From: Takakia lepidozioides
Taxonomy: Eukaryota; Plantae; Bryophyta
Assembly (NCBI GenBank): GCA_030704615.1
Contig: CM060731.1
Location: 9,920,001 to 9,984,000 of the forward strand
Reading direction: 5' to 3'
DNA: 64,000 nucleotides
This document shows positions 51,067 through 63,559 of this stretch, piece after piece. How positions within the stretch are numbered: the stretch's first letter is position 1; each line of letters opens with the position of its first letter. The position numbers and the translations under genes were made by a program. The notes under the pieces are model-generated. The model had not been told where the DNA came from, did no database searches, and was given only the letters and a program-made list of their open reading frames with translations.

Positions 51067-52499
51067 TATGCTTACTTTGTTAGGAGACTTCTTCAATTCT
51101 CCTCTGAGGGTGCTGTATAATTAATTGCAGAAACAGATTAGATGCAACTAACTAGTTGTAAGATTCCCTCTCTCTCTCTCTCTGCCATCCTATTGCCCCC
51201 AGAAAAAGAAATTCCCTCATATGTATTTGTGCACTTAGGAAAGATGCCCGAGTAGAGGTCATGTTGATGATACGACCTACCTGTAGATTAGCTCGAGTGT
51301 GACAAGATCAAAGAAATGTGTAGGGATTCCAACAAGGGGCCCAGCACTGTCCTCCATAAAGGTTACCGTGAAGTATATTTGTCAGCATCATTCGCATCAA
51401 AGTTAGGTTAAACAGAAATGCTAACAAAAAATAGCAGGTGACATCAATTTATGCAGAGAAGTTTGGCTTATTCAATCATGTGGCTGACTTTAAAGGCTAC
51501 ATGGATGTAACTATGGACCTTCCAAGTAAAGGCGAGTTTTCAGTTGTGTGTCTGATTGTAAGAAACGGTAACATGTCAATATAGTGGCAGGTCAATAGAA
51601 GGTAATATGCCTTGTTATAGTGGGGCTTCAATATGGATGACGAAGAGGTAGTGTTGCCCTTTAATCCCAGTCTCGTGCAGGCGGCGCCCCTACCCGGTAC
51701 GGCCCTTAGATTGGCTCTTGTATAGACCCATTCTGGAGCTGGCGAGGACTTAGGCATTGGAGAGAAGCTCAATGCAATGGCCTCGTCACAGGGTTTACAC
51801 ATGGTCTCTTTTGGATTGGGGCATTTTATTTTTGTCAGTAGTCTCCAAACTTTGCATGTGATCTCTCTTCTTTGCTTTGATTAAAGATCCTAGTTCTCAA
51901 TCATCCCAATGCGGTCCGCATGTTGGTCGCGGAGGTCTTCGTGGACATTGAACCCGCCTACGTCTTGCGACAGGTGCTCGTATAGGCTGCGAAGTAATAC
52001 TTGGGACTTGATCATCATGTTGCAATGGCTCCTCCACATCTTTAGTCACATCATTAGTCTCATCGAGTGTTGAATAGGATGGCCTTGTCCAAGAGTTGGT
52101 GTGCTTGAATAAGGCCAGGAGTATGCAATCTCCGGTGTCTGACCATAATCCCTGAAATCTTGTGACATGGCTGCTGCGACATCTTCACGTCTGCGTGCAA
52201 CAACTGAACAAAAAAACATCTCCAAGGAAGAGGGCAAACGACCACCCTCATGACTGCAGCATCAATGGCGCACCGAAGAAGAAATTATCCCCAGACGAAA
52301 AACAAAGATAAAATTAAAAAGGATAAAATAGGGTTTATCTACAAGTGAAAAGCGAGGGCTACCGCTAGGACCATCGTCTCCCCTACAAGTAATGTCATGT
52401 ATCTTTTTCCAGCAGGATAAAGTTAATTTAACTTGAAGTTACCACTAGGGTAGCATGTGCCGTTGGCCCAAGTGTCCACTGTAATCTAAGCCCATATAC

Positions 52500-54842
52500 A
52501 TGTATATATATGAGACGCCAACCAAAGCTTGCATAAATAAGAGCTTCTTCCCTGTGTGGGTACTGCCCCTTTTCGGGGGTGGGCTCTATGGCAACAAGAA
52601 CCAGTTACTAAGTGGCAAGCAGGCCACTTTCAATTTTTCTTTTGTTGAGGATAATGGCTGTTAATGAAGTGATGGCCGTGAAATGTAATGTTCGTAATAA
52701 GGGGTGGTATATTTCTGAAATAGTTTAAGGCTGCCTTTTAGGATTAGACTGTTGTGACAATGAGCTCCCCCTCTCATACCAACGGTGATGATTGTCAAAG
52801 GGGCAATGTTCCATCCATATTGATGGAGGGATAGAACGAGGGGTTCGTATTTTTCACGTTTGAACATAATGGATTGGTGGGGATCTGTATCATAACAAAA
52901 GTCAAATTCAATGATATGAATAATGAGGGAGGGGAGGGGACCTGTTGGTGCTACCGACGAGATGGGAAGTCCTTGGACAAGAAGAATATCTGGACATAAT
53001 CTTGCCAGACAAAGGCATGGGTGGTTAACGCATGTACAAGGTAACAACCACGAGGGTATTGTGTGGTCCGGTGGCCTACTTTGAAATGTGCATGATGTTG
53101 GAGAAGAAGATATGGTCATGTAACCACGCGAGGGCGTTGGGAATAGTATAATGTACAGTGCTTGTTACGATATAATATAGGCCAAAATAGATTACATCGT
53201 TGATTGCCCATGTATTGTCCGTATCGAAATCGGAACGTTTGTTTAATTTGGGCATCAGTGATTACTAGAGATTTCCAAAAGTGAATAGACATATCATGAA
53301 GCAGCTGAGGTGACGTAACCCATGTGGATATGTAGGTGTTTAGATAGGTAGGCGATGCACGCAATTGATCCATAGTTTCTTCTGCCAGATGGCAACTAGG
53401 TCATGAGCCCAGCCCCGTGAGCCTGAGAGTTGGGCTCACGGTTTATCCAGAAAGTGTGAGCCTAGGCTCACGTTTGCTAAGCGTGAGCCCATGGTTTGCA
53501 GTGTAGTAGAAGTAGGCCCTATAGCCGAGGACATGACAACAGGGGCCTATTACCGTTGGAAAGACCAATACGAGCAGAAATGACACACTACAATATGATA
53601 AATGTGGAATAGAATTACGAAATGAACTGCCTATTATAGCATGCATATGGTATGAAAGAGAAGAACATGTATTGTTTGATTGGCATTGGACCGGCCCAAG
53701 AACATGTTCAAAACAAACATTAAGTGAAATAGGCAGATGTTGTAATGTAGCGGCATATTTACTGAACATCCGTGCAAAGTAAGAATGCAGAGAAGTAGTT
53801 GGGACGTAGTTCCAAACAGTATGTAAGGTACTACTCAATCTGTTTCAGACCTATCTCGTTGTAGAAAAATATGGACTTCGCTAAAAGCTAGCGTGGCAGA
53901 TACTCCTTTTTTAAAGAACATAGCCCTAAATGACTTTTAAATTATTATTATTATTTTAAAAGGTTCGATATGCGAATGTCATGATCGTTGGCGATCATGA
54001 CATTTCCCCATGCCTACTGCTCGTTTAGATTGCTCCACATGCTTATTCGATGGACATCATTTTGCTATGGACAAGCATACACTATTATAGAAAATATAAC
54101 GTCATACTATCATAGTTCAAATAGGAAAAATGTAACGATCATGACATTTGCCTCCATCTCGAACCTGTTAAATTTTTTTCTTAAGGATTATCCCCCCCCC
54201 CCCCCGGTTTTGATATGCAAATGTGATGATTGCTGACGATCATCACATTTTCCCATGCCCAGTGCATATCTAGATCGTGGTGATTGCTCTGTAGATTATA
54301 ATTTTTGATGCAAATTGCATCTCTAGGATTCGTAAAGAATTTGTTTTTTCTTTTATTATAAACTTTCAGATCTATGATATGTGGTGCTTCATTGATTGTA
54401 TAGTGGGCTCAAGTCGCGACATGCTCTATAAGTATGTTGATTTAAACTGGAGTTTGAGGAGGTCCAATGATGCTCTTTGGAGTCACCATGGTGATACATA
54501 TTTGTACCACAATTGCGCAGTCAGCTTTATCAGCATTGTTTATATGTGGGAAACTTATTTGTCTTATTTCCGTGGAAATTAGTGGTTGACCACGGTCATA
54601 GGCCCTACATCTTCGACCACTTTCATGCCGGCTGGACTGCGCTTAGAGATTCACATGAGCCTTCATGGGCTCACAGGCTCACGGGGATGGGCTCACGATC
54701 TAGCATTCCCTCTCCTGCGATATACGCATGTAGGTCCTGAATGGGTACTATGTTTTGGAATCTAGCTTTAGTGGATGTCAGCCAGAATGGATATGTGTGG
54801 GCTTGGTGAATAGGGTCAGTCGTGGGGTATGACGAGGAAAGT
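52500..54842 (-). mobile_element. 3' part of a non-LTR retrotransposon with a restriction-like endonuclease (RLE), interrupted by the 53399-54700 element
   Basis: ITDAQIKQTFRFRYGQYMGN, CPDILLVQG…HIIEFDFC…KREKY…ITVGMRG (PD-(D/E)xK-like). Sequence continues on the far side of the insertion. Confidence 0.65.
53399..54700. mobile_element. Complete 1.3-kb non-autonomous member of the GTGAGCC-terminus transposon family
   Basis: TIRs GGTCATGAGCCCAGCCCCGTGAGCCTG / GATCGTGAGCCCATCCCCGTGAGCCTG (24/27). TA on both flanks. Subterminal sequences match the 1971 and 14913 end types. Internal palindromes. Confidence 0.85.
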
Positions 54843-54844
54843 TA

Positions 54845-57185
54845 CGGCATGAGCCTGCTCACGTGAACTATGAGCCCAGGTTCATTATTGACCCATTAAG
54901 CATGAGCTTAGGCATCACGCTTAGTGGTCACACTTAGTGGTAACACTTAGTGGTCGTAAGCGCAGAGTGGTGCGGTATTAGAAAGAGACCCGCCTATACC
55001 CGAGGACAAAGGCAGATATATTCCCGCTAGAATACCAGTAACAGCATTTGAAAAATTGGAATCGTATTGGTGCATTCATTATGTGCCTATAATAAGGTGT
55101 GAGAACTTATGTGGGCGTTGACGACCACATAATTCCTAGACCTCACAAAGCTATGGTATGTTATGATTTTTTTTTTCAAAATAATTTGATTTTTTTTTCT
55201 TTTTTATTTTGTCATTGGAAGACTTGCAGGATGTCCACGAATTATGTAGGTGTCAACACCCACATAAATCCTCACGTTTTTTAAATAAGAAAAAATATTC
55301 AGGGTTGTTTTTTTTTTTTTTTTTTGAGGACTTACGGGAGGTCCACGAATTATGTGGGCGTCAACACCAAGGTTGTGCATGTATCAGCATTTTAAAATAC
55401 CAGGCATTGTAGGTTCTTGAGGGGTGCTTTGTTTTTGAACTCTGGTATCGTTCTAAGTATTGCATAATGACAAATTTGCAAATAGTATACTGGTATAAGT
55501 ATTTCTCTTAGATATGCACAATATATGATATCAATAGTATGGGGTTTTTTTTTTTTTTTTAATATCAGCTGAATATCAATAGGGGTATCAATATTAGTAT
55601 TTTTTTAATAATAAAAAGGGACGGAGACCCTTTAAATCATATTGATAATAAAAGGCTGACTCAGCCAGGAAACACAGAAAAGTTCAGCAAAAGACAGGGA
55701 AAAAATAACCCTGTGGAGGCCATGAAGGCAGTACGACAGCGATACTACCCGCAACCAAGGAAGAAAAGAAGAGCGCGACAACAAAGGGGCCAACATCAGG
55801 GGCACCATAGCCCACAAGCAAGAGACCAAGGATAGTTGTAGGCTACGGTGTCTTAGTTTGGACGTCATCAGACAGTTTTCCAATGACTACAGGTGCTTCA
55901 TGTTATCTTTTTCTTTGTTCAAGATAGTTCATCTTCATTATAAATGACATTGGTTCTTGTATACCACCAACAAGACCTAACAATTTTTTCGCAAATTGGA
56001 CGAACTAAAAGGATGATATGCACTTTTGAATCTCAAAACATTGTTTTGTCATCGGCACAATTTTTGTTTGATGGACTCTAAAATATATATCTAAATTTAA
56101 CCAATTGTGATAAGGACAATAAGCCATGTTTAGGAATTGTGCAATGTTTAATAGGTGAAAGTAGTTTGGATATTTATCAAATTTTTACCAAGCTATGGAC
56201 TTTTTTATACACAAAAAAACAGGTGTTTTTCATTAGTCCATAACATATTGTCTTTTGGATTTTTGGGATATTATCTTTTACGAATAAATATATAAACATA
56301 TAATCTAGGGTGGTCAGGTGGTACATGGATAAATGGCCATACACTCTAGGATTTGATTCTTAAAAGTTTTTTCAATTAAAGATTAAAATTTCTAATAAAT
56401 AACATCTATAGTATTTGGGCTTAGACCCTTTACTAAAGATGTTAAGTATACTATTGTCTATCTTTATAAATCTCAAACTGAAAAAATATGCTCCAATTTT
56501 TATTTATTTATAATGTCTATCATGGACGTCATCATCTGCCTAAACTGAAACACACCGTAGTATGCAACTACCCCGAATAAAAAGCAGGGCGAAGCACCAC
56601 AAAGTAGAATTTAGGGGAAGGAAAAGCAAAACAAGCTCCAATAATCGAATAGAGCTTAGATCGCAAAGCTCCAAAATTGAAATGAACTGGAACCGGAAAG
56701 TGGGGACTGACGTAGAACCGGAACCGTGGTTCCAGCTGCGACCACACGTGTGGAAACCGGGGGCTGGGGACTCTGCAGCGGTTCCGTTCCGGTTCCACCC
56801 GTAGCCCTAAGTGTCTCTGCAACTCAGTCCCGCTCGCTCTCTCGCACACTCATCTTGTTCTCTACCCAGTCCGAGTATGGTTCCGTGTCTCTATCTCCTA
56901 CTTTGTTTTATTTTTTATTTTTTTCTCTCTCTTGCTCTCATTTCAACTTCATCTCTCTTTTTTCTGTCCCTCTTAGGTTAATTGGATTGTGTTGCTTGTT
57001 TTTTTCTTCTCAATTTGTTGTGGAACCGAAACCGAAGGTTCTTTCACAAAGGCAAGAACCGCCCAACACTAATCAACACCCACATAAGTTTTTCTTTTTT
57101 CTTTTTTTTTCTTTTTTTGGTCATCGGAGGACTTACGGGAGGTCCATGAATTATGTGGGCGTCAACACCCACATAAGAGGAATGC
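54845..57185. mobile_element. Degenerate relative of the same family (one end plus palindrome repeats)
   Basis: (TA)CGGCATGAGCCTG terminus, subterminal CCTATACCCGAGGA, and repeated TTATGTGGGCG-TCAA/TTGA-CRCCCACATAA. Confidence 0.55.
55368..57071. mobile_element. hAT-like non-autonomous insertion
   Basis: 8-bp TSD GTCAACAC/ATCAACAC, imperfect CA…/TA… termini and GGAACCG subterminal motifs. Confidence 0.55.
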
Positions 57186-57187
57186 TA

Positions 57188-57289
57188 ATTCGTTAGCCTG
57201 CTCATGAGCTCATGTGAGCCTGTGAGCTTGGCCAGACTCACGTGAGCCTGGGAAAAGGGCCCCATATTAACCGCGAATATTTCACCTAT
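57188..57289 (+). mobile_element. Another 5'-type terminus of the GTGAGCC family, interrupted by the chromovirus LTR
   Basis: (CTA)ATTCGTTAGCCTG…GTGAGCCTGTGAGC…GGGCCCCATATTAACCGCG…CACCTAT, similar to 14913-15030. Confidence 0.6.
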
Positions 57290-57927
57290 TGTCACGGACA
57301 TAGCCCATGGGAACTTACAAGGAGTAAATACCGGAAATTACCAAGTTACCATGTTACTGGAAGTTACCATGATTTACTGTAATTCACCATGATTTACCAT
57401 TATTTACCAAATTACCGGGAGTTTACCAAATTACCAAGAGTAACTTGGAAAACTGCTCAGGAAGCTTCATTTGGAAGAAACTTCTCCATCAAGATACCTC
57501 CTTTGTTTAAGGAAGCTTCTCCATCAAGAAATCTTTGTTTAATCTTGGAAACTTCTCCAGCAAGAAACCTCCATAGGGGAAGCTTCCTAGGGAAGCTTCT
57601 TAGTAGCCAGTATATATAGGAGGCGAGACTGGACACTCTTCAGTCTCGCCAACACCAGTTCAAGCTACTCTTGTTTCCAGTTTCCAGTACTCCAGTCCAG
57701 TTCCCAGTACTCTAGCCCAGTTTCCAGTATCTGGTACTCCAGTCCAGTTTCCAGCATTTCAGTATTCAAGTCGTGTTCCAATATCTTGTACTCTTGTTCA
57801 TTGTTATAAAGATCGTCTTGATTCTTATTTACTCATCGTGCATTCGGCCACGCCGACCTTGACTTCTTAGTCTTGTACCTCTAGTCTGATCTCTTGTTTG
57901 TGTTCAGTCATGTTCTCGTCCCTGACA
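57290..57927 (+). repeat. 5' LTR (TGTCA…TGACA)
   Basis: Terminal inverted repeat, TATA box at 57611-57618, followed by the PBS and gag. Confidence 0.8.
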
Positions 57928-60900
57928 GTTTGGCGAGACTAAAGTTTGTTCCTTAGTTAGTTAAGATGGAAGGCACATTTGCGGAAATGGTCGCCACATT
58001 GCAGAGTCTTCAGCTCCAGATGCAAGAACTTTGTACCTCTACCGCCCAATTGCAAGCTGATCGGTCTCAAGATCTTGGCAACGCTCTCCACAATTTGCAA
58101 CAACAAATTTCAGAGTTAAAGGAGACGAACAATGGATCTTCAACCATACGACTCCCTACTGCAACAGTTCGTACTGCAATAGTTCATCTTCAACAGATTA
58201 TGAAAGAACCAAAGATCAGCATGCCCGAAAAATTTGATGGGACGAGATCAAGATTTCGCGGTTTTGTTCAACAAGTACGACTGTTCCTACGACTACATCC
58301 ACAACGCTACCCCGATGAAGGTATTCAAGTGGGATTCGTGGGCACCCTTCTATCAGGCACTGCCCTATCTTGGTTTGCACCGCTATTAGAAAAAAAAATC
58401 GCATTTACTATATAATTTTGAAGCATTCATGTCCAAGTTCACTGCAACGTTTGGAGAGAATGATAGAGAGAAAATTGCAGAGACAAAGATGCGAAATCTT
58501 CGACAAGAAGCACGTCCTGCTTCCGTTTATGCTGCCGAATTTCGACAACTTGCGTGCGACCTCGACTGGAATGAGAAGAGCCTCATTAGTCAATTTCGAT
58601 GTGGGCTAAAAGATGATATAAAAGATTTGTTGTTGACAATGCCAAACGTGAGTACACTGAGCGAATTCATTACCCAAGTCATTGCATGCGATAATCGTCT
58701 ATTCGAAAGACGTTAAGAGAAGCGATCTGGATGGTCGACGATGCACCATGTTGCTATTACTACGGCACCAAACACAACGATCAATCAGACATCCGGTAAT
58801 GATCATATGCAGATTGATGCTATCCGATTCAAGCCATTGACGCCACAAGAAAAACAAAGACAGCGTTTGAATGGATTATGCCTTTATTGCGGAGAAGATG
58901 ATCACATAACATTAAACTGCCCTAGCAAGAGAAGATTCAAAGCTCGGGGCACAACTCAAATGTTCGATACGAGGAGGTCGGAAAACAAAGATGTCCAGTC
59001 ACAGTAGGGACCATGCGGCTGGACACCCCAAATTCCTCACCAAAAAAATGTCTCTTTCTACCTCCAGACCCTGTACCTTGTTTCACAGTTCCAGTAAAGA
59101 TCATGATGCAAAATCGAGATATCTCCGTAGAAACACTTTTGGACTCGGGCGCTTCAGCGTGTTTATTGACAAAGACTTTGCGAAGCAACACAATTTAACG
59201 CTCGTAAGAAAGAAATTCTCGGCCCATGTTGAAACCATCGATGGATGACCATTAGCATCAGGAAATATTGACCATGAAACTCAATCCCTTGAAGTGAAGC
59301 TTAAAAATCAATCATCACAGATTGTTTTCAATGTCATCCAGTCTCTAACAAATCTTGTGATCCTTGGACTTCCCTGGTTTATACCTCATAATCCTGACAT
59401 CGACTGGCGATCACGAAAAATTTCGGCAAGACAAAAATGCAAAAGTACCAAAGGTATTCAACCCCTGTTTCTTGGAGCTAGAGCCTTCATGAGAGCTATG
59501 AAGAAAGACGCGACATTTGCACTTTATGCGACTCCGATCAAAACCACAACAGACCAAGGTACTTCGACATTACCCACTCAATATCAAGATTTCAAGGATG
59601 TCTTTGAGAAGATAAATGCAGATATGTTGCCAGAACATCGACCTTATGATTGTGCAATTGAGTTGCGAGAAAGAGCTCAACCACCATTCGGCCCAATCTA
59701 CAATTTGTCTCAGACGGAGCTGGCTGCTTTACGATAATACATTGATGAAAATTTGTCAAATAATTTCATTCGACATTCGAAATCACCCACGGGAGCACCT
59801 ATCTTATTTGTGAAGAAGAAAGACGGATCGGTACGCATGTGTGTGGACTATCGTGGGCTCAATAAAATCACTATAAAAAATCGTTATCCACTACCGCTGA
59901 TTTCTGGACTCCTCGAACAACTTGGACGAGCAAATTTTTTCACAAAGATCGACTTGAGATGAGCTTACAACCTTGTACGAATAAAAGAAGGAGACGAATG
60001 AAAAACTGCTTTTCGCACAAGGTACGGACATTTTGAATACAATGTTATGCTTTTCGGTCTTACAAATGCTCCAGCAATTTTTCAACACATGATAAATGAC
60101 ATCTTTCGAGAATTTTTAGATAACTTTGTAGTCATCTATTTGGACGATATTTTGATATTTTCATAGAATGAAGAAGAACATGGTCGCCATGTATGTCTTG
60201 TCCTTGATAAATTGAGGGAAAAAAAAATTATATGTTAAGTTGGAAAAATGTCTTTTTCACCAATCTGAAGTCGAATTTTTGGGCTACATTATTTCCGACA
60301 AATGAGTCTTTATGGATCTGAAGAAAATACAAACCATCATCGAGTGGATTAAACCAACTTCGGTTCGAGATGTACAATGTTTTCTAGGATTTGCAAATTT
60401 CTATAGAATCTTCATCAAGGACTACTCCAAAATTGCTGCACCATTGACACGACTCACAAGGAATGACAAATTTATATGGGACGAGAAGGCTGACCAAACA
60501 TTTAAAATTTTGAAGCAGGCATTTACAACGGCTCCAATACTGGTACATGCAGACCTATCTAAACCATTATTTTTAGAAGCAGAGGCATCAGATTTTGCAC
60601 TTGGCGCGGTACTCTCTCAATATGGTACAGATGGCCGACTTCACCCTGTTGGTTTTCGTTCTCGCAAATTTTCCGCTGCGGAGATCAATTATGAAATCCA
60701 TGACAAAGAACTTCTAACGATCATCGATGTTTTTGAGGAATGACATCATCTATTGGAGGAAATTAAACATTAGGTCACAGTCTATACCGATCACAAAAAC
60801 CTCGAGTATTTTATGAGTGCTCGTGTTTTGAATCGACGTCAAGTGCGATGGAGTATGTCACTAGCAAGGTTTGATTTTGTTATTACCTACCGTCCCGAAC

Positions 60901-62700
60901 ATCTTCAAGGAAAACCAGATGCTCTTTCTCGACAATCGTATTTTGCGCCAAAAGAAAGGGATGTAGCTTTTGACCAACAGAAATCCATCATCTTGAAACC
61001 AGCAAATCTCTAATTGAATATGTTAACCATGTCCACCTATGACGATGTAGAGATCATAAAGGAGATTCAAGAAGCACTGAAGAGCGACAAATTTGTTACG
61101 ACACTACGAAGTCAACTAAATCAACCTCGAGACAACCCACATGTTACAAACGACTTCGAATTCAAAGATGGTTTACTTTATTTCAAGGGACTCCTCTATG
61201 TACCTCCAGAACCTACACGACTTCGAATTCTTCAAACATGTCATGTTCTTCCAGCTGCAGGACATTTCGGCTTCAACAAAACAATGGAATTGATATCCAG
61301 GGACTACTGGTGGCCACAGATGTGGAAACTCGTGAAAGAATTTATAAAATCTTGCGACACGTGTGCTAGAGCAAAGGGACCACGACATTGACCTTATGGC
61401 CTTCTTCAACCATTACCCATTCCCAAGGGTCCATGGTCGTTCGTATCTATGGACTTTATCATGGACATTTCAATTTCTAAAACAACCGATTCAAATCATT
61501 GTTATTGTAGATCGTTTTATGAAGATGACACATTTCATTCCATGTAATAAAATGGTTACCGGTGAGGAAACTGCAAGACTCTTCCTCAATAATATCTACC
61601 GCATTTATGGACTCCCGAAGGTCATCGTATCTGATCGAGGACCATAGTTCATATCCAATTTCTGGAGGGGATTATTTCACATATTGGATACTAAGATCAA
61701 CCTCTCTACAGCTAATCATCCACAGACTGATGGTCAAACCGAACGTGTAAACCAGATTTTAGAGCAGTATCTTCGCTGTACGATAAATTATCACCAAGAT
61801 AATTGGACGGACCTTCTGTCATTGGCTGAGTTTGCCTACAACAACATTATACATTCTTCGACCAAGCAAACTCCATTTTTCTCCAATTATGGTCATCATC
61901 CTCGAGCAAACCCTTTCCACATGAAGACTATTGGAAGCCCTACTGGAGAAAACCTTGCTACTCATCTCGCTACGATTCACAAGGAGCTTACATTCCACCT
62001 CACAGAAGCTCAAAAACAATACAAGGAGTATGCAGATCAACGTCGTCAACTCCAACCCCAGTTCAAGGTCGGAGATCGTGTGTGGCTTCTTCGACGGGAC
62101 ATACAAACCTTGTGACCATCAAGGAAGTTGGATTATCAACGCCTGGGAACATTCAAAATTATTCGACAAATAAATCCGGTCGGTTTTCGGCTTGAACTCC
62201 CACGAAGTATGCGCATCCATCCAGTCTTTCATGTTTCATTATTGGAGTTGTATCATCCATCGAAGATTCCAGGGAGAGTCTCCGTACCACCTCCACCAAT
62301 TGAAGTCAATCAGGAAATTGAGTGTGAAGTCGACGAAGTCATAGACTTTCGCATCAAGTATAAACGTCTTGAGTATTTCGTACATTGGAAAGGCTACGAC
62401 ATCAGCGAACGAACGTGGGAACCTTCATCCAACCTCGCCAATGCATCTGACAAAGTCCAAGAGTTTCATCAACGATATCCAGCTAAGCCCTGAGCTACAC
62501 GTCAATAAGATGTCACAACGATGATATCAGCCAAGTTAACTTCAAAGTGAAGACTCCACATTCAATGTACCTGATACAAGCTAAGGATGGAGGAGCACCA
62601 CACATCAGTATATATAGCTACACTTCCAGCACTTCCAGCACTATTGCATCTTGTATTGGCAGTATGGAGTCATAAGAACCAGATACATTGGAGTTGTCGC
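57290..62700 (+). mobile_element. Chromoviral Ty3/gypsy retrotransposon (Tcn1/Tf1-like): LTR, gag, PR, RT, RH, IN, chromodomain; many stops; no 3' LTR seen
   Basis: [57 protein letters not shown] and chromodomain YFVHWKGY…TWEP. Confidence 0.92.
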
Positions 62701-63559
62701 TTACCCCGGGGGGTGCACTCCTCATTAAATGTACCAGCCACGTGCGTGCACAGGAGGGGGTATTTTAAACCCCCCCATGTACAACATTATACATACAGAG
62801 GGGGGTTTAAAACACCTTAAATATAATTTTACAGGAGGGGGTTGTTGAGTTTTTAGGGATAGTGTAGTGGTAAGAATGGCAATTCCGCCGCGATGCATCC
62901 CGGGATCAAATCGTGGAATCGTCGTTTTGTATGTTTGTTTTTTTTTTTTTTTTCGCTCCACGATCTTTCTCCCCTGACCTCCCGCGGCTTTCTCTTTTCT
63001 TTCTCCTCCTCTCCCGCGTTCGCCTTCCCTTCCGCAGGCTTTCTCTTTTTCCTCCTCTCCTCTCCCCTCCTCTCCACAGGGCATGGTAGGACAATGTGGT
63101 GAGGGCACCAGAATGTGGTGATGGCACTGACTTGGGAGAAGGTTTGAGGTTGTGATGTATGTAGAGGGCAGGAATCGAAGGGGATGAAATAAGTGCGCGG
63201 GAATGTGGGGCAGGCCTGGGCTGATCGGTGATGATATGCGGGTGTGGTGGTGGATTGTTGTGCAGCAATGACAGGAGGACATGGGCATCAAGATTCCCAG
63301 TCATCAGAGGTAATGAGCACATTAGGCCTATTTTCTTTCCTAATAATGATTGGCGTGACACAATGGTTGTACTCACTATATCAGGCCTATTCTCATCCTT
63401 ATTGAATCCAAACAGCCAGAGGGACAAGATGCCCCTAAGTGTACAGAACCTGAACGTCCTGAATCTGAAGGATTTGGTACTCAAGAGTTTACACAAGACG
63501 AGCAAAATCTACACATGGGGTAACTGTCCCCCCTTTGCAGAACAGTTGGGCGTCCAGGA

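Noticed and set aside
51780-51990. Possible Myb/trihelix-like fragment on the minus strand (WDD*ELGSLIKAK)
   Set aside because: Too short and interrupted by a stop.
62703-62850. Possible DNA-transposon terminus (CCCCGGGGGGTGCACTCC, GGGGG…CCCCCC hairpins)
   Set aside because: No partner end or TSD found in the window.
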